A DNA stretch of 50,835 nt from Octopus bimaculoides (taxonomy: Eukaryota), in contig NC_068989.1 of assembly GCF_001194135.2 (NCBI RefSeq), positions 14,860,580 to 14,911,414 on the forward strand. The letters are read 5' to 3'. Of the stretch, positions 45,371 through 50,835 are shown piece after piece. Each line of letters starts with the position of its first letter. Position 1 is the first letter of the stretch. The notes under the pieces are model-generated. The model ran no database searches and had not been told where the DNA came from. It saw nothing but the letters and a program-made list of their open reading frames with translations. A program made the position numbers and the translations under genes.

Positions 45371-45965
45371 ATGAGAAGGTGCATGGCTCAGTGCTTAGAG
45401 CATTGGGCTCACAATCGTGAGGTAGTGAGTTTGATTCCTGGACTAGGCTGTGTGCTGTGTTCTTGAGCAAGACACTTTATTTCACGTTGCTCCAGTTCAC
45501 TCAGCTGTAGAAATGAGTTGTGATGTCACTGGTGCCGAGCTATATTGCCCTTTGCCTTTCCTTTTGGACAACATCAGTGGCAAAGAGAGGGGAGGCTGGT
45601 ATGCATGGGTAATTGCTAGTCTTCCACAAACAACCTTGCCTAGACTTATGCCTCGCAGGGGAACTTCCTAAGTGCAATCCCATGATTCCGGGTTCAGTTC
45701 CACCGCGTGGCACATTAGGCAAGTGTCTTTTATTATATAGCCTTGGGTCAGCCAAAGCCTTGTGAGTGGATTTGGCAAGCAAAAACTAAAAGAAGCCCAT
45801 TGTATGTGTGTGTGTGTGAGTGTGTGTCCCACCACTGCTTGGCAAGAGGTGTTGGTGTGTTTATGTCCCTGTAACTTAGCGGTTCAGCAAAAGAGACTGA
45901 TTTTAAAAAAAGTAACTACTGAGGTCATTTCAGTGCCCTAACATGGCCACAGTCAAAAAGATGAT
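45371..45965 (+). mobile_element. Family C SINE (45371-45684) fused at CATG to a headless variant A copy (45685-45965)
   Basis: GTGCAATCC-CATG-ATTCCGGGTTCAG junction. Confidence 0.85.
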
Positions 45966-47284
45966 ATATATATATATAAAATCAACAAAAAGAATATGGT
46001 GAACTTGCCATAAAGAATGGAAAATTCCATGCTTTGGACTGAGTTCTTCTTCAGGGAAATGTTGACAGGAGCACCCCTTGGGGACGATGTGATACCCTGG
46101 TGTCTCCTTTTAAGTTTGCTCTTGTCAACCTTTTCTTTAAGAAAGATTTTGTCAGAATTGCTGGGTTTTCTGCCCCTCACAACAAGTTCACTGTACTTTT
46201 TTTATTGATTTTAATAAATAATACAAGTTTTGCTGATGCAGACTCTGTGTGTGTGTAATTATGGGTGCACGTTATTTGGGGTGTCATAACAAAATGCACC
46301 AAGTATATCCTGTACAGTGTGGTGAACAAACAGAGACAGTGAAAGAAAGAGATGTCTCTTTTGTCTTGCTGAGGACATGACAACCCCCATAGTGCTGGTG
46401 CATTGAGCATACACTGTCAAATGATTGGAATACAAATAGAAACAATGAAGAACAGAGAAAACATTTTAGTTTAGCCAAAGACAAAGCAACCTCTCCTGTG
46501 TTGGTGCCATGATAAAATGCATCCAGTGTAGTTTGTAAAGTAGTTGGCTACAGAATAGACATAATGGAGGGTAGAGGGAGCTTGTTACATAAACTAATGA
46601 AGGATAGAAGGGACTTGTTAAATGTTATAAAGGAGTTCATGTTAGAAAGTGTGTCCAGCCTTAGAGAACATGACAAATATGGTATGTACGAGTGAGACAT
46701 TATCTCTAACCCATCTAAGAGTGCAGCAATTCCAAATTAGGAGACAATTCACGACAACCTGTCTAACTCATGCTGGTAAAGAGAAGTGGCTGTAGTGTGG
46801 TGATGGTGATGGTGGTGGTGATGATGAGGAGGAGGAGGAGGGAAAGAAGAGAAAAGGGAGGGGAGATGAGGAGATGAGGGAGAGGAGGAGTAGGAAGAGA
46901 AAGAGTTAAAGGAGGACAAAATGGAGAAGTAGGAAGAAAACAACAAAGTAGGAGGAGGCAGACAATAAAGGGAAGGGGAGAGGAAAGTGAGAGGAGGGGA
47001 GGAAAGTGAGAAGTCTTTTTTTTTTTCTCTGGCATCAAATACTTTATTTTCATGAATAAATACAAACTACTAAAATTACAGGTCAAATTTTCTGATCAAG
47101 ATCTCAGTGAAAACATCAGATATCATTTATTCTCATTTGGCACTCTGACGGAATTTCAACTGTTTTAATAATCATGCCTTCCAAACGAGAAAATTCAAGG
47201 AATTTATTCACCAAAAGATTCCAGCCATATTTGAGACTCGGATTACGATACTTGAGGGTGGTAGTAGTTGTAGTAACAGTAGTG

Positions 47285-47318
<34 letters not shown>

Positions 47319-47499
47319 CTGAACTTAGTCTACCAATAAGTCTTGGAAGGCAAGATTTCAAACATAGACAATAAACTCCTGGAAACTTTGTCTAATTTCT
47401 CCAAAACTACTGACTTTGAAGTGAAAATGTTTGGTTAGAAGCGGTTCTATAATAATCATGGGATATTTGTAGTAGAAGAAATTACTCCCTCTCTCTTAT

Positions 47500-47545
<46 letters not shown>

Positions 47546-47924
47546 CAGGCAGTCAGCCAGGTATCTAAAGTAGAGGAACTGGAGAAAGAGATTGTGAATC
47601 TATACTTACATGTTGAAAAAAGACAAGTGGGAAAGAGATTATTAACTAGTTGTATGTTGGATTTTCCAATTTCTTGACCTCTTTCTGTGAGGTGTAGTCA
47701 TAAGCCTTCTACCAACCTTCCCCTCACCGTACAGGTTTAAGGAAATATTTTCTCTATAACAGGTGCTAGATTAAACTACATAAACACACACAGACACACA
47801 CACATACACAAAAAAAAGATAGCTAAAGAATAAAGGAAAATATTTCATAGAAGTAAGAAAGATAAACCAATAAAATGTTTCCCAGGAAATTCTGCTTAAT
47901 CCCCGCCACACACAAATACACATA

Positions 47925-48261
47925 GGCTCAGGCATGGCTTGTGGTAAAAAGCTTGTTTCCAAACCACATGGTTCCGGGTTCAGTTCCACCGCGTGGCACA
48001 TTAGGCGAGTGTCTTTTACTATAGCCTTGGGTCAGCCAAAGCCGTGAGAGTGGATTTGGCAAACAAAAACTGAAAGAAGCCTGTTGTGCGTGCGTGCATG
48101 TCCCACAACACTACTTGGCAAGAGGTGTTGGTGTGTTTATGTCACTGTAACTTAGCAGTTCGGCAAAAGAGACCATGATTTAAAAAAGCACCATGATTTT
48201 TTTTTTAAAAGTTACTGAGGTCATTTTAGTACCCTAACATGGCCACAGTCAAAAAGATGAT
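47925..48261 (+). mobile_element. Variant family A copy sharing private changes with 45685-45965
   Basis: GTTCCACCGCGTGGCACATTAGGC and TACTGAGGTCATTT.AGT.CCCTAACATGGCCACAGTCAAAAAGATGA occur in both. Confidence 0.87.
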
Positions 48262-48665
48262 GGATAGTGTGGTGGTGGTGGGAGTATAGATAAAGGAAAG
48301 GATTATACCATTTGGCTTAGGATATTTTTTTGTTTGTTTTTTTTTCCATTAGATTGTATGTTACAACAGGGTGTGTTTGTGTACCTTTCAGGTGTTACTC
48401 TCACTCACATTAAATCCACAGGTAAGTTTATTGTGTGAAACATTTATAAAAATAGATTACAGAACAAAATACAATCTCTTCACCACCACCACCACTGAAA
48501 GTAACACAAGTGTCCAACTCTATTAAATAAGATTTATACAAATGCACCACACACGCATACACACACATATACGCACACACAGTTTTACGAGATTATGTAG
48601 CACAATCTTTCCTATTACCTATGTACACACACATGCTATGAATATATAGCATAATCCTCCCCATT

Positions 48666-48703
<38 letters not shown>

Positions 48704-48771
48704 TCTTTTCTACTCTCGGCACAAGGTCCGAAATAATAGAAAGGAACATCAGAGCTGCTTATAATTCATAA

Positions 48772-48804
<33 letters not shown>

Positions 48805-49320
48805 NNNNNNNNNNNNNNNNNNNNNNNNNNNNNNNNNNNNNNNNNNNNNNNNNNNNNNNNNNNNNNNNNNNNNNNNNNNNNNNNNNNNNNNNNNNNNNNN
48901 NNNNNNNNNNNNNNNNNNNNNNNNNNNNNNNNNNNNNNNNNNNNNNNNNNNNNNNNNNNNNNNNNNNNNNNNNNNNNNNNNNNNNNNNNNNNNNNNNNNN
49001 NNNNNNNNNNNNNNNNNNNNNNNNNNNNNNNNNNNNNNNNNNNNNNNNNNNNNNNNNNNNNNNNNNNNNNNNNNNNNNNNNNNNNNNNNNNNNNNNNNNN
49101 NNNNNNNNNNNNNNNNNNNNNNNNNNNNNNNNNNNNNNNNNNNNNNNNNNNNNNNNNNNNNNNNNNNNNNNNNNNNNNNNNNNNNNNNNNNNNNNNNNNN
49201 NNNNNNNNNNNNNNNNNNNNNNNNNNNNNNNNNNNNNNNNNNNNNNNNNNNNNNNNNNNNNNNNNNNNNNNNNNNNNNNNNNNNNNNNNNNNNNNNNNNN
49301 NNNNNNNNNNNNTATATATA

Positions 49321-49638
49321 TCATCATCATCATCATCATTGTTTAACGTCCGCTTTCCATGCTGGCATGGCTTGGACAATTTGACTGAGGGTTGGTAAGC
49401 CAGGAGGCTGTACCAGGCTCCAATCTGATCTGGCAAGGTTTCTACAGCTGGATGCTCTTCCTAATGCCAACCATTCCAATAGTGTAGCAGGTGCTTTTTA
49501 CATGCCACCAGCATAGGATCCAGTCAAGCAGCGCTAGTGTCAACCATGCTCGCATGGTGCTTTTTACATGCCACTGGCACGGGTGCCAGTCAGGCGGAAC
49601 TGGCATTAGCCATGACAACAATTTCACTTGACTCAACA
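49321..49638 (-). mobile_element. Family F (RTE-type 3' UTR) with repeated GGTGCTTTTTACATGCCAC motifs
   Basis: (ATC)n GTTTAACGTCCGCTTTCCATGCTGGCATGG... Confidence 0.87.
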
Positions 49639-49658
49639 TTAAATACATGAACTCAATA

Positions 49659-49704
<46 letters not shown>

Positions 49705-50344
49705 GGCACAATCTGCCAACTCTAGAGTTACAACTAGCCAAATAAATACAACATATAGAATTATTGGTTAGAGAACAACTCAGCAAGCTTCTTCAGATAA
49801 AAAGAAAAATAGAAAGAAAGAGAGAAAGAATGAAACAACAAAGACATTTAGAAATTCATACAAGATGACAAAGCATGTGTTAAGTTGAACATATTCCGTG
49901 AAATTGCTATTACTACTTACTACTCAGTAATTACTACTATTACTACTATTACTACTATTATTACTTAGTAATATTTAATGATAATGATATCTTTTTGAGA
50001 CTAGCAGAATACAATATCTGAGATAAAGTAGTCTATTAAAGAGCTGTAGCCTGAAATGTCAGCTGTTTCCACTGTTCTTAGCAACCAGACTTACTGACAC
50101 CCGACAAACTCTGCTAGATCTACTTTTACCATTGTTGCCAAGACAGACATTCATCAGTTTCCTCATATTTCAAATTTTTTACCCTTTTGGTTTTGTGGTA
50201 CAGAAATTTGCTGCTTCGAGACGATGTAGTCTCAAGTTTGGTTCCATCATGTGACATCTTTATACTATAGCTTAAATCTTGTGAAATGAAACTGGTAAGT
50301 GAAAGAGATGGGAACAATATACATATTTGCATATATGTATGCAT

Positions 50345-50383
<39 letters not shown>

Positions 50384-50395
50384 GTAATCATATAT

Positions 50396-50590
50396 CTTTT
50401 AATTGTTTCAGTCATTGAGTTGTGGCCATGCTGGGGCATCGCTTAAACAATTTTAGCTGATGAAATCAACCCCAGTACTTGTTTCTTTTTAAGCCTGGTA
50501 CTTACTTTATTGGTCTCCTTTTGCCAAACTGCTAAGTTACATGGATGTAAACAAACCAACACTGGTTGTCAAGTGGTGATGGTGGTGGTG
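50396..50590 (-). mobile_element. Family A 3' half, degenerate
   Basis: TGTTTCAGTCATTGAG..GGCCATGCTGGGGC...GCTAAGTTAC. Confidence 0.78.
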
Positions 50591-50599
50591 TGCTCGTGG

Positions 50600-50765
50600 G
50601 CATCGGTACCATTTTCCTCTTTCTCCGTTCTTCCATTCTCCGAACTTTCCATCTTTCCGACGAAGGGCTATGCCCGAAACGTCATACACTCTCTCTCTCC
50701 TTTCCTGAGCATCCAATAACACTATCCGTATCACGTCCTCACTTTGTTGTTTTTTTGTTATTGTT
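50600..50765 (+). mobile_element. Probable Penelope-like pLTR remnant carrying a hammerhead-like motif (50657-50683)
   Basis: CCGACGA-A-GGGC-TAT-GCCC-GAAAC-GTC embedded in a pyrimidine-rich tract. Confidence 0.55.
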
Positions 50766-50797
50766 TTTTTGAACATACATATATATACATACATACA

Positions 50798-50833
<36 letters not shown>

Positions 50834-50835
50834 TA

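Noticed and set aside
45953-46200. Lys-rich minus-strand ORF (RGRKPSNSDKIFLKEK...)
   Set aside because: No recognisable homology, weak acceptor, only a GC-type donor; length is within chance expectation.
50204-50294. Strong acceptor and GTAAGT donor bracketing 91 nt
   Set aside because: Stops in all three frames; at best a noncoding or cryptic exon, unsupported without RNA data.

Overview
AT-rich, repeat-saturated animal genomic DNA from a fragmented short-read assembly: 17 N-gaps, about 6.2 kb or 12% of the window, mostly at microsatellites. The SINE and LINE families match what I recall from octopod cephalopods (Octopus); this is an inference and no search was run. I cannot identify any host protein-coding gene, rRNA, genuine tRNA or CRISPR array, so the window reads as intron or intergenic DNA. 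Almost all ORF-track entries are microsatellite, gap or SINE read-throughs. Supported content: (i) five tRNA-headed or SINE-like families, given working labels A, B, C, D and I, many of them nested or chimeric, plus a LINE-3'-end family F; (ii) decayed non-LTR retrotransposon fragments of the RTE and R4/Dong clades; (iii) DNA-transposon MITEs with visible TIRs and TSDs (piggyBac/TTAA, hAT/8 bp, Tc1-mariner/TA); (iv) a 477-bp TG..CA LTR-like element with a 4-bp TSD that unusually contains a perfect 18-nt tRNA-Trp primer-binding site inside it; (v) two decayed hammerhead-ribozyme-like motifs of the Penelope type; (vi) a minisatellite with a 200-bp higher-order repeat born from a SINE tail. I found no clearly new biological system. 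The best leads are the LTR with internal PBS, the hammerhead remnants, SINE module shuffling, and microsatellite-directed stacking of retroelements.
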